NCBI GenBank assembly: GCA_050259635.1
Contig: JBLNBA010000004.1
Span: 267,005-331,004 of the forward strand
Length of the DNA: 64,000 nucleotides
DNA from: Bacillota bacterium
GTDB lineage: Bacteria > Patescibacteriota > Patescibacteriia > Patescibacteriales > UBA12465
Reading direction: 5' to 3'
Part shown: piece by piece, positions 36,245-45,789 of the stretch
How positions within the stretch are numbered: the first letter of the stretch is position 1
Layout: each line of letters begins with the position of its first letter
Notes under the pieces: generated by a model
Databases searched by the model: none
What the model was told of the DNA's origin: nothing
The model's input: only the letters and a program-made list of their open reading frames with translations
Position numbers and translations under genes: made by a program

Positions 36245-36790
36245 TTAGCGCTCTTTCAAAAAGAAGGGCTGTAGGCGCCTACTAACCGCTGCCAATAAAT
36301 TGAAAAGAAGCCCGATCGCCACCAAGCCCAAGAGCAAGCTCCAAGCAAGGCCTTCCCAAAAACCGGCACTCCAGAGAAAAAATCTGCCGCCGGCGCCCTG
36401 CCAATCAAAGACCGCCATCAATGCATTGCTGATCAAAGCCTCAGAGGTGATCCCGATAACCGCCAAAAGCAAGAAGGAATATAAGGAACGGTTGGTAAAA
36501 ACGTTTTCCAGAACTAAGTAGACGATAATCGCACTGCCCAATAAGGCCAAAGTCGAAATGCCAAAAGGATGGAAACTCATCGCATCCAGGAACCAGCCGG
36601 TAGCGCCAGCCAGGAACCAGGCACGATCGCGACTCATTAGCAGGAAGGCGAAGATGAAAGCAATGATCGGAAGATCGAAATTTTGGGCCGGATCGGGCAA
36701 ACCGCTTACGAATGAAAATTGGACCAGAGCTAGAATGCCGGCACAGATGAAGATAAGCGCGTATTGGAAGATTCTCTTAGGCATAATCAA
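36245..36790 (-). CDS. mreD: Rod shape-determining protein MreD (probable)
   Basis: 181 aa, about 5 TM. It overlaps the mreC stop by 4 nt. The G..GW.LD motif region resembles MreD. Confidence 0.6.
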   Translation of the reverse strand: MIMPKRIFQYALIFICAGILALVQFSFVSGLPDPAQNFDLPIIAFIFAFLLMSRDRAWFLAGATGWFLDAMSFHPFGISTLALLGSAIIVYLVLENVFTNRSLYSFLLLAVIGITSEALISNALMAVFDWQGAGGRFFLWSAGFWEGLAWSLLLGLVAIGLLFNLLAAVSRRLQPFFLKER

Positions 36791-37602
36791 GGAAGGACGA
36801 TGGAAACGACCGTGAGATCATGCAAGGAAGCAAGCGGCTCGATCGTCACATCCTGCCAGATTTCGTTGCTCTGCTTATCGACTTGGGAGACCCTCCCGAT
36901 CACCAGGCCTCTGGGGATATTGCCGCCCAGACCGGAAGTAATGACGATATCGCTAACCTTTATATCCTCGATCTGAGGGATATACTCCATTTTTATCGTT
37001 AAGCCCAACTCGCCATCGGAAAGCCCGATCGTCTTGCTGTTGTTGATGATTGTCGCTGCCAACTGGCAGCCAGTATCGGTAGTGAGGCAAGCACGAGAGC
37101 TCCCCTCCTTCACTTCCATGATCTTGCCAATAATGACGCCGGTCTCGTTGATCACGGCCAGGCCTTCTAATACGCCGTCCTTGCTTCCTTTATCAACGAT
37201 GATATCGCGTCCCGATCCCGAGCCGGCAAACAGGTTCTGGCGGGAAACGATACTGGCGCTCATAACCTTGTAGTTATTGCTAGAAACGAAGTTCAGCTGT
37301 TCTCTCAGCTTGTCGTTCTCTTCGCCCAGCTGCAAGAGGCGGGATTGGTCGATGGTCGCCTCCGCTAAACGGCGACGGAGACTATCGATTTCAGAAAGCA
37401 GGTCATCGGTACTTTTATCGGCCTCGGGGCTCTGGCGAGCCGCCACGCCCGCTCCCTGCAGAGCCCGCCCCAAAGGGCTGAACCAGGAGGAAACGGCATT
37501 TTCCAGAGGCTTCGTGAGGCCGGAATAATGCAGTATTAAAACGAGGGCCACGAGAATGGCCCAGCGCCAGGTCTTCTTCTGTTTCTTCCAGGAAAAGGCC
37601 AT
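36787..37602 (-). CDS. mreC: Rod shape-determining protein MreC
   Basis: 271 aa. N-terminal TM, a coiled coil (LRRRLAEATIDQSRLLQLGEENDKLREQL), then DIVITSGLGGNIPRGLVIGRV. Confidence 0.85.
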   Translation of the reverse strand: MAFSWKKQKKTWRWAILVALVLILHYSGLTKPLENAVSSWFSPLGRALQGAGVAARQSPEADKSTDDLLSEIDSLRRRLAEATIDQSRLLQLGEENDKLREQLNFVSSNNYKVMSASIVSRQNLFAGSGSGRDIIVDKGSKDGVLEGLAVINETGVIIGKIMEVKEGSSRACLTTDTGCQLAATIINNSKTIGLSDGELGLTIKMEYIPQIEDIKVSDIVITSGLGGNIPRGLVIGRVSQVDKQSNEIWQDVTIEPLASLHDLTVVSIVLP

Positions 37603-37605
37603 AGA

Positions 37606-38649
37606 TTATTCGGTTGATACATTGCCGAGGGTCACCTTGGCTAAAAGTTCAGGATCGCTAATCAGAATACCGGCTCCCCGAACGACGCAAGTCAAAGGAT
37701 CATCGACAATCTTCACGGGGATCTTCGCCGCCATGGAAATGGCCTGGTTTAACCCGCGTAAAAGCGCGCCGCCGCCGGAAAGATAGATGCCGCGCTCATA
37801 AATATCCGCGACTAATTCCGGTGGCGTTGTCTCAAGGATAGTCTTGATATTCTCGATAATCTTGGCTACTGTCCGGCCGATCGCTTCTCTGATCTGCTTA
37901 TCATTCACCATGATCGCTTTCGGAAGGCCGTTAATCAGGTCGCGTCCGCGAACCTCCATCTCCATCGTCTCTCCGCTCGTAATCGCTGATCCGATACTGA
38001 TCTTTATCTCTTCAGCCAGCTGTTCGCCGATGAGGATATTGAACTCTTCCCTGATGTATTCGATGATATTGCTATCAAATTCGTTACCCGCCAGACGCAA
38101 GGATTTCCAGGTCACTACCCCTCCCAGCGAAATTACTGCGATCTCGGTGCTGCCGCCGCCGATATCGACGATCATGGTGGCCGTCGCTTCCGTAACCGGG
38201 AGGCGCGCTCCTACCGCCGATGCCATCGCTTCTTCAACTAGGTATACTTTTCGCGCACCGGCAGACTTCGCCGCATCCTCCACAGCTTTCTTCTCAACCT
38301 CGGTCAGATCTAAGGGTATGCCAATGACGACCCGAGGACGAGGAATCAAGACGAAATGCTCATGGTGGGCTTTAGTAATGAAATATTTAAGCATCTTCTC
38401 GGTTACTTCGAAATCCGAAATTACGCCGTCCACCAAAGGCTTAATCGTCTCAATATGGGCCGGCGTCTTACCCACCATTTTTTTGGCCGCGGCCCCCACT
38501 TCCAAAATCTCATTAGTGCGCTTATTTATCGCCACCACCGAAGGTTCGTTGATCACAAGTCCCTTTTCGGCCATAACAACCAGGGTATTCTTCGTACCAA
38601 GATCGATTCCAAGGTCGTGGCTAAATCTGCCAAGAAGTTTATTGAACAT
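37606..38649 (-). CDS. mreB: Rod shape-determining protein MreB
   Basis: 347 aa. LGIDLGTKNT...NEPSVVA...DIGGGSTE. It heads mreC and mreD. Confidence 0.95.
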   Translation of the reverse strand: MFNKLLGRFSHDLGIDLGTKNTLVVMAEKGLVINEPSVVAINKRTNEILEVGAAAKKMVGKTPAHIETIKPLVDGVISDFEVTEKMLKYFITKAHHEHFVLIPRPRVVIGIPLDLTEVEKKAVEDAAKSAGARKVYLVEEAMASAVGARLPVTEATATMIVDIGGGSTEIAVISLGGVVTWKSLRLAGNEFDSNIIEYIREEFNILIGEQLAEEIKISIGSAITSGETMEMEVRGRDLINGLPKAIMVNDKQIREAIGRTVAKIIENIKTILETTPPELVADIYERGIYLSGGGALLRGLNQAISMAAKIPVKIVDDPLTCVVRGAGILISDPELLAKVTLGNVSTE

Positions 38650-39865
38650 ATGGGATGAGCTGGTTAATGCTAATTAATTCCGCTTCAGCGGAGTTGCGAC
38701 GCTTGATTTCGACGCTCCCGGCCGACAAAGTTTTTTTGCTGACGACTATCCGATAGGGACAGCCGATGAGATCCGCGTCGGCGAACTTCTCACCCGCGGA
38801 CAGGTCCCGGTCATCATAGAGGACTTCTATCCCCGATGATTCCAGATCCTCATATATCTTCCCCGCCTCTTCATCCGAATTCAAAGAAAGCAAGTGGACG
38901 CGGAAGGGCGCGATATTCCTGGGCCAAATCATCCCTTTATCATCATGGCTGGTCTCGACCACCGTCCCCAGAATACGGCTCAAGCCAAGGCCGAAACAAC
39001 CCATAATAACCGGCTGCTTCTCGCCCTTCTCATCGGTGTAGAAAAGATCGAAAGCGCCGGAATATTTGGTACCGAGCTTGAAAATATTCCCCACTTCCAC
39101 CGCCTTGGCTTCTCTTAATTCTTTGTTACCGCACTGAGGGCAAGTATTTTGTTCCTCGATAATCTCTTTGTTGACCGCCAGATGGCAATGGTCGCAGATA
39201 TAAATCAGATCTTCTCCGGCTTCGGTCAAAGTCTGGTATTCATGGGAATACTTGGCAAAAGTCCCGCCAGAAGCGAAGGTGAGATAGGTATTATCACCCA
39301 AGCCGACGCGATCAAAGATACGAGTATAGGCGCCCATCACCCGTTCGTAATAAGCGTCAAGGTCCTCCTGGTCGCGATGGAAGGAATATAGATCTTTCAT
39401 CAAGAACTCCCGGCCTCGCAAAAGGCCGGCCTTAGCGCGCTTCTCATTACGGAACTTGGTTTGGATCTGAAAGACGGCAAAAGGAAGTTCACGATACGAA
39501 TAGATGAACTTCTTGGCCAAAGGAGTGACCACTTCTTCATGAGTGGCATTTAAGGCATATTCTTTCTTATCCGAGGCGGAAATCTTAAAAAGGACATCGA
39601 GCGATTCCCAGCGGCCGGTGCTCTCCCAGTTCTCTTTCGGCGCGAAAGCCGGCATGCTTATCTCCTGCCCTTCCACTGCTACCATCTCCTCCCTGATAAT
39701 GTTGCGGATCTTATCCAAAACCCTCAAGCCCAGAGGCAGGAAAGAATAGACGCCCGCGGCGACCTTATCGATAAAACCGGCGCGCAATAGCGCCTGGGCA
39801 TTGAAGCTGGTTTCATCTTTTGGCAGCTCCTTGATCGTCCGCGTAAATAACTGGGATTGTCTCAT
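38639..39865 (-). CDS. proS: Prolyl-tRNA synthetase, short bacterial-type form without the INS editing domain
   Basis: 408 aa. Motif 2 FRNEKRAKAGLLRGREFLMKD and motif 3 region GCFGLGLSRILG. A CDHC...CPQC cluster sits where INS would be. Confidence 0.93.
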   Translation of the reverse strand: MRQSQLFTRTIKELPKDETSFNAQALLRAGFIDKVAAGVYSFLPLGLRVLDKIRNIIREEMVAVEGQEISMPAFAPKENWESTGRWESLDVLFKISASDKKEYALNATHEEVVTPLAKKFIYSYRELPFAVFQIQTKFRNEKRAKAGLLRGREFLMKDLYSFHRDQEDLDAYYERVMGAYTRIFDRVGLGDNTYLTFASGGTFAKYSHEYQTLTEAGEDLIYICDHCHLAVNKEIIEEQNTCPQCGNKELREAKAVEVGNIFKLGTKYSGAFDLFYTDEKGEKQPVIMGCFGLGLSRILGTVVETSHDDKGMIWPRNIAPFRVHLLSLNSDEEAGKIYEDLESSGIEVLYDDRDLSAGEKFADADLIGCPYRIVVSKKTLSAGSVEIKRRNSAEAELISINQLIPYVQ

Positions 39866-39878
39866 ATAAATATATAGT

Positions 39879-40463
39879 TCATTTCTTTCTCATCAAACGC
39901 AAAGCCGCCTTGACCCTCTCGGCGCTGCCCTCTACTTCTCGCCCCACTTCTCCCAACGCCACCTTGGCGTCGCCGAGCGAATAACCGAGCGACATCATGG
40001 CATCCAGCTCGTCCCCGTATGAAGATGAAGGCTGTCCCGGCAAGGCAATGCCTCCGGCAGACAAACGGGCGATCTTCCCTTTGAGCTCGAGCACGATCCT
40101 CTCCGCTGTCTTTTTCCCGATTCCGGATACTTTCGTGAGCAATGACGCATCACCCCTCATGACTGCTTCCCGGACATCGTCCGCGGTAGCTAGCGACAAG
40201 ACTCCCAGAGCGGATTTAGGGCCCACGCCCGATACCGAAAGCAAGAGATTGAAGAGCTCCAGGTCATCCAGATTACGAAAGCCGTAAAGATCGGAAGCAT
40301 CCTCCCTCACTTGATGGGAAAGGTATAATTCTATGGTTTCTCCGGATTTACAACTAGATAACAAAGACTCGCCGGCAAAGACCTGATAGCCGACGTTATC
40401 CACTTCTAATATTAAATAATTATTAGCTTTCGCTAAAATCTGGCCGCGCAGGAATGCGAGCAT
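39879..40463 (-). CDS. ruvA: Holliday junction branch migration complex subunit RuvA
   Basis: 194 aa. MLAFLRGQI..., with two HhH motifs (VSGVGPKSA, VSGIGKKTAERI). Confidence 0.93.
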   Translation of the reverse strand: MLAFLRGQILAKANNYLILEVDNVGYQVFAGESLLSSCKSGETIELYLSHQVREDASDLYGFRNLDDLELFNLLLSVSGVGPKSALGVLSLATADDVREAVMRGDASLLTKVSGIGKKTAERIVLELKGKIARLSAGGIALPGQPSSSYGDELDAMMSLGYSLGDAKVALGEVGREVEGSAERVKAALRLMRKK

Positions 40464-40527
40464 ATATCCCTAGTATAGTATATCCTTTAATATATTTGAA
40501 TCTTGACGGAAAGGCCTTCCTTAGGCG

Positions 40528-41445
40528 CTATTTATCTCCCCGCAAACGAGCGATCCTTTCCTCGATCGGAGGATGGGTCATCCACATCTTAGCGAACCAA
40601 GACAGTTCGCCGTGCTTCTCTTTCTCCTTGAAGGGCGTGACGATATACATGTGGGCAGTGGCGCGATTGGCCGCCTCTAATGGTTCCTTATCCGCACTTA
40701 TTTTCTCCAGGGCTCGAGCCAGCCCTTCTGGATGACGCGTCAACAGGGCCGCGTCGGCATCGGCCGCAAATTCCCTCTTCCTGGAAACTGCCAGCTGCAG
40801 AAGCTGGGCGAAGATCGGTGCCAGGATAGAAAAGACGATTGCGAGGATAGCGATGATCGCTCCGAGCTGATTATTGTTGTTATTATCACTGTTACGGCGT
40901 TGTCCGCCAAAGAAAGCCCAGCGGCGAAACCAATCCGCCAAAAGGACGACGATGCCGACAAGCACGGTGGCAATGGTAGAAATGAGAATATCCCGATTAC
41001 CCACGTGTGAGAGTTCATGGGCGATAACTCCTTCCAGCTCCGCCTTTTCTAGTTTAGCTAAAAGGCCGGTGGTGACGGCAATGGCGGCGTGTTCCGGATT
41101 ACGGCCAGTGGCAAAAGCATTAGGGGCGCTATCTTCGATAATATAGATCTTGGGTACCGGCAGGCCGGCAGCAATGCAGAGGTTTTCTACCAGCCGGTAT
41201 AATTCCCGGCCGTTAACATGGTCCACTTCCCTCGCTCTCGACATGGAAAGGACGATCTTGTCGCTATACCAATAGCTGATAAAGCTCATGAGCACGCTGA
41301 AGATAACCGCTGCCGGAAGAATTGCCGGCTGGTCGGTCGCACGCGCGAAAACATAACCGACCAGGATAATGAAGACGAAAAACCCGGTCATTAAAAACCA
41401 GGTTTTCCTTTTATTTTCTGCACTGTAATTATATAGGTTTGCCAT
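40528..41445 (-). CDS. htpX: M48-family membrane protease HtpX
   Basis: 305 aa. HELSHVGNRD (HExxH), TM segments and a C-terminal THPPIEERI. Confidence 0.9.
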   Translation of the reverse strand: MANLYNYSAENKRKTWFLMTGFFVFIILVGYVFARATDQPAILPAAVIFSVLMSFISYWYSDKIVLSMSRAREVDHVNGRELYRLVENLCIAAGLPVPKIYIIEDSAPNAFATGRNPEHAAIAVTTGLLAKLEKAELEGVIAHELSHVGNRDILISTIATVLVGIVVLLADWFRRWAFFGGQRRNSDNNNNNQLGAIIAILAIVFSILAPIFAQLLQLAVSRKREFAADADAALLTRHPEGLARALEKISADKEPLEAANRATAHMYIVTPFKEKEKHGELSWFAKMWMTHPPIEERIARLRGDK

Positions 41446-41448
41446 AGC

Positions 41449-42213
41449 TTATTTATCCGTATTATCCCGCTTCATCTTCTGGGAAAAACCCTCGAAAGCC
41501 TTAAGAACTTCGAGCGGAACCATGAAGACGACAGTATTGGATTGATCAGATGAAATATCATTGACAGACTGCAAGGTACGCAGATGGAGCGCACCGGGAG
41601 TTTCAGCCAGTGTCTTGGCAGCGGCCGAGATATTGGACGAGGCGGCCAGTTCTCCCTCCGAATTAATGATTACCGCCCGCTTCTCGCGTTCAGCCTCTGC
41701 CTGTTTGGCAATCGTTCTCTCCATTGATTCCGGCAAAGAAACGTCTTTAAGTTCAACGTTATTCACTTTAATACCCCATTCATCCGTTTCCTTGTCGACT
41801 ATCTCACGAATACGATCCGCAATCTTATCTCTCTGCCCTAAAAGCTCATCGAGAGTAACTTCCCCGACGATGTTTCTCATCGTTGTCTGAGCATACTGAG
41901 AGATGGCATACATGTAGTTTTCCACTTCGATCACCGCCTTCTCGGCCGCCGAGACTTTGTAATAGATAACGGCATTGACCGTTACCGGCACATTGTCCCT
42001 CGTGATCGCCTTCTGATCCGGCACATCTACCGCCCGCACGCGGACATCCACCTTGCGGAAAGACTGAAAAACAGGAATGAGCAATCTCCAACCCGGCTGC
42101 ATGACGTATGAATAGCGGCCCATGGTAAATACCACGCCCCTTTCATACTGGTTCACCTGCTTCAAGCAGGAGAGAAGGATGACGATTACGCCGCCGATAA
42201 TGAAATAGGTCAT
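41449..42213 (-). CDS. SPFH/band-7 (stomatin-like) protein
   Basis: 254 aa. N-terminal TM, YERGVVFTMGRY...AITRDNVPVTVNAVIYYKV, and a coiled-coil AEAEREKRA. Confidence 0.88.
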   Translation of the reverse strand: MTYFIIGGVIVILLSCLKQVNQYERGVVFTMGRYSYVMQPGWRLLIPVFQSFRKVDVRVRAVDVPDQKAITRDNVPVTVNAVIYYKVSAAEKAVIEVENYMYAISQYAQTTMRNIVGEVTLDELLGQRDKIADRIREIVDKETDEWGIKVNNVELKDVSLPESMERTIAKQAEAEREKRAVIINSEGELAASSNISAAAKTLAETPGALHLRTLQSVNDISSDQSNTVVFMVPLEVLKAFEGFSQKMKRDNTDK

Positions 42214-42218
42214 ATTGT

Positions 42219-42776
42219 TTAAAATTTAACCGCCACCGGCTCTTTCTCAGCCTCAGCGGCCTCAAAGAATGAGTAATCCTTGAAACCTAGCATCCGCCCA
42301 AATATATTGGTCGGGAAAGCCTGGAGCTTGGTGTTGAAATCACGGACGTTAGTGTTATAGAAGCGGCGGGAAGCCATGATCTTATCCTCGGTATCGGTCA
42401 GATCGCGCTGCAGCTCGAGAAAGTTCTGGTTAGCTTTAAGATCCGGGTAGCTTTCCGCCAGAGCGAAAATAGAGCGTAAAGAGGAAGACAAGGCATTTTC
42501 TGCCTGCAAGACCGCTTTGGGATCACCAGTGTTCTGGGCGCTGACCGCGTCATTGCGAGCCAAAATAACCTTTTCCAAAGTTGACTGTTCATGAGCCGCA
42601 TAGCCCTTCACCGTCTCTACCAGATTGGGAATCAGGTCATGACGGCGTTTGAGCTGGACATCAATATCGCTCCAAGCTTCATCGACCCGATTTTTTGAAC
42701 GGATTAAGCCGTTATACATCCCGATCAGGATGAAGGCAAGGACCGCCAGGATGCCTAAAATGATCCAAATTTCCAT
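42219..42776 (-). CDS. lemA: LemA-family protein
   Basis: Start moved to ATG 42776 (MEIWIILGILAVLAFILIGMYNGLIRSKNRVDEAWSDIDVQLKRRHDLIPNLV...), a canonical LemA N-terminus. Confidence 0.88.
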   Translation of the reverse strand: MEIWIILGILAVLAFILIGMYNGLIRSKNRVDEAWSDIDVQLKRRHDLIPNLVETVKGYAAHEQSTLEKVILARNDAVSAQNTGDPKAVLQAENALSSSLRSIFALAESYPDLKANQNFLELQRDLTDTEDKIMASRRFYNTNVRDFNTKLQAFPTNIFGRMLGFKDYSFFEAAEAEKEPVAVKF

Positions 42777-42870
42777 ACCATTCTGGCCGGCGGGCGAAGG
42801 AAAGCTCCGAGCCGGCAATTAAGAATTAATATTGAATTATACCAATAAATCCTCTTTTTGTCCAATGACA

Positions 42871-45771
42871 TCAAATCTTGAGGATGCTTATCGAGAGCTC
42901 GATATCGTCTAATTTCAACTTTTTTTCCGCAAGGCTATCCGCCTGTTTTCCGCTTTCAAGCTTTTCCGCCAAGGTAGCCTTTTTGAGCTCGCCCCCAATC
43001 TCCGCCAGCCAAGCGGGAGTGCTTCCAAAATAGATGTTTATCCGATCAGCCTTGGTTAGGCCGGCCTCCTTGCGCAAAGCATTTACAGTGCGGATCAGTT
43101 CGCGTTTATACCCTTCAAGCCTTAGTTCCGGGGTGATAACCATATCGAGTAACACCTCTAACTTTCCGCCCTTCCCCTCCCACTCTACCGAACGCAAATT
43201 GAGTTCATCGGATATGAGAGCGATATATTCTTGCCCTAAAGGATCTCCGCCTTTGAAAGCTGCTTTCTCCAACATCTGTCGGATCTTGATGCCGGCGCCA
43301 TCCCGAACCGAGAGACCCATTTCAGCCGCTTGGCGTACCATGCTCATGGAAGCAACGACGCCTCCTTCCTCCTTGCTGAGAGTTCCTAAATCGCTCCAGC
43401 CCTGGAGATGCACGGATTCATTTCTATCGGAGAACGCCTTGCCCGTAACCTCTTGCCACAGCCTCTCCGCCACGTACGGCATGAAGGGAGCCATGACCTT
43501 AGCTAGTTCGATCAGGACATAACGGCTCATTGCTAAGGCCGCCTGCTTGTCCTTTTCATCTTCGCTCTTAAAACGATCCCGGCTACGGCGCAGATACCAG
43601 GTAGATAATTCATCAATGAATTCAGTGATTGGGCGCACGGCTTTGGGAAGATTATAATTTTCCATCCCTCTGGTCACTTCCAGTAAAAGCAATTTGAACT
43701 TGGCCAGTATCCAAGCATCTAAAACGTTATCCGTATCCACTTCGCGGTTATCATACTCCGCCGCGAAGGAAGAATAGAAGCGATACACGTTCCAAAGAGT
43801 CATGATATTCTTCCTGAGCGCCTCCTGTACCCCCGACTCCGCAAAATTCAGATTCTCCGCCTGCATCACCGGCGATGACAGGATATATGCCCGTAAGGCA
43901 TCCGCGCCGTATTTCTCCATCAATCCCATGGGGTCCGGATAATTCTGCAGGCGCTTAGACATCTTCTTCCCGTCTTCCGCCAATACGATGCCGTTCACGA
44001 TCACATTCTGATAAGCATGGCTTTGCCGTACCCCACCCGAGATCACATGGAGATAATAGAACCAAGCACGAGTCTGGTCTGCGCCCTCCGCGATGAACTG
44101 CGCCGGAAAGCCTTTCTCAAAGAGCTCCTTATTTTCGAAAGGATAATGCAACTGAGCATAAGGCATGGAACCGGATTCAAACCAGCAATCCAATACATCG
44201 CTGACCCGCCTCATCTCCTCGCCGCACTCCGGACAGGGGAAGAACAATCTATCTACCTTATCCTTATGGATATCAGTTACTTTTTCTCCGGTCCGTTCCT
44301 CTAATTCCTTGACGGAGGAAACGACGTGGCGATGGCCCTCCGGGCACTCCCAAATCGGAATGGCGCTGGCCCAAAAACGCTGCCTGGAGATAGACCAGTC
44401 CCGTGCGCCTTCCAGCCAGTTTCCGAATCTTCCCTCCTTAATATATTCCGGAGACCAGTTTATTTCTTTGGCGCTCCTCAGCAAGCCGTCTTTGATTTTA
44501 GTGACGTTTACAAACCAAGAAGAGGTAGCGTAGTTGATCAGCGGCGTATCGCAACGCCAGCAATGGGGATAGCTGTGTTCATATTTCTCCTTATGGAATA
44601 ACGTTCCCTTCCCGGCCAGATATTTGATGATCTCAACATCGGTCGCCATGTGGTCAGCGGCCGGTTTCACGTGGAGCCCGGCAAAATCCTTTACCTCCGG
44701 CTTGAATGTGCCATCTAAAGCGACGTGCTGAACGAAAGGCAGATTCTCGGACCTACCGAGATTCATGTCGTCCTCCCCGAAAGCCGGCGCAATATGGACG
44801 ACGCCGGTACCATCGGTGGTAGTGACGAAAGGAGCAGCGTATACTTTCCAGCCCCGATCACGGCTTTCGAGCGAAGCATCGCCGGAATAATAATCAAAAA
44901 GCGGTTTATAAGCCTTACCCACCAGCTCAGAGCCGGAGATCTCGGCCACCACCTTATAATCCTTATCTTTAAAGACATCGGCCGCTCTTTCCTCGGCGAC
45001 GATATACTTAAGCCCATCGGCTTCGACTTTAAGATAATCGATATCCGCGCCGACCGCCAAGGCGACATTGCCGACCAATGTCCAAGGGGTGGTGGTCCAG
45101 GCCAGGATGAAGGTGCCGGGCTCTTCTACCAATTCGAATTTAGCGATGGCAGACAGGTCCTTGATGTCCTTATAACCCTCGGTGACTTCCGATTGCGAAA
45201 GAGTCGTCTCACAGCGAGGGCAAATGTGCATGGAACGATAGTCCCGATAGATCAAGCCTTTATCCCAAAGCTGCTTAAAGACCCACCAAATGGTTTCCAT
45301 GTAATCCAAATCCATGGTCTTATAGCCATTGGCAAAATCCACCCAGCGTCCCAGACGCCCGATAACCGTCTCCCATTCTTCCGCATAGGTCATGACCTTG
45401 CTTCGGCAAAGATCATTGAACTTCTCCACGCCAATGACCTCGATTTCTTTCTTCGTCCTGGTTCCCAGCTCCTTCTCCACGATATTCTCAATTGGCAAAC
45501 CATGGCAATCCCAACCCCATTTGCGGGCCACCCTGTACCCGCGCATAGTCTGATAGCGCGGCACCACATCTTTCATCACCGAGGCGACCAGATGGCCATA
45601 GTGCGGCGTGCCGGTAGCGAAAGGCGGGCCATCATAAAAGACATAATCGCCTTTCGGCGCTTCCTTAGTGAGTGATTTATCGAAAGTATGAGCTTCCTTC
45701 CAGAAATCGCCCACCATCTTTTCGGCATCCGGAAAGCTCAAAGCTTCGGTTTTTTTCCCGTTATTATCCAT
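42871..45771 (-). CDS. ileS: Isoleucyl-tRNA synthetase
   Basis: 966 aa. HIGH-type motif (PHYGHL), KMSKR, and the CP1 editing region. Confidence 0.97.
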   Translation of the reverse strand: MDNNGKKTEALSFPDAEKMVGDFWKEAHTFDKSLTKEAPKGDYVFYDGPPFATGTPHYGHLVASVMKDVVPRYQTMRGYRVARKWGWDCHGLPIENIVEKELGTRTKKEIEVIGVEKFNDLCRSKVMTYAEEWETVIGRLGRWVDFANGYKTMDLDYMETIWWVFKQLWDKGLIYRDYRSMHICPRCETTLSQSEVTEGYKDIKDLSAIAKFELVEEPGTFILAWTTTPWTLVGNVALAVGADIDYLKVEADGLKYIVAEERAADVFKDKDYKVVAEISGSELVGKAYKPLFDYYSGDASLESRDRGWKVYAAPFVTTTDGTGVVHIAPAFGEDDMNLGRSENLPFVQHVALDGTFKPEVKDFAGLHVKPAADHMATDVEIIKYLAGKGTLFHKEKYEHSYPHCWRCDTPLINYATSSWFVNVTKIKDGLLRSAKEINWSPEYIKEGRFGNWLEGARDWSISRQRFWASAIPIWECPEGHRHVVSSVKELEERTGEKVTDIHKDKVDRLFFPCPECGEEMRRVSDVLDCWFESGSMPYAQLHYPFENKELFEKGFPAQFIAEGADQTRAWFYYLHVISGGVRQSHAYQNVIVNGIVLAEDGKKMSKRLQNYPDPMGLMEKYGADALRAYILSSPVMQAENLNFAESGVQEALRKNIMTLWNVYRFYSSFAAEYDNREVDTDNVLDAWILAKFKLLLLEVTRGMENYNLPKAVRPITEFIDELSTWYLRRSRDRFKSEDEKDKQAALAMSRYVLIELAKVMAPFMPYVAERLWQEVTGKAFSDRNESVHLQGWSDLGTLSKEEGGVVASMSMVRQAAEMGLSVRDGAGIKIRQMLEKAAFKGGDPLGQEYIALISDELNLRSVEWEGKGGKLEVLLDMVITPELRLEGYKRELIRTVNALRKEAGLTKADRINIYFGSTPAWLAEIGGELKKATLAEKLESGKQADSLAEKKLKLDDIELSISILKI

Positions 45772-45789
45772 ATGTGAATCGTTGCTTAA

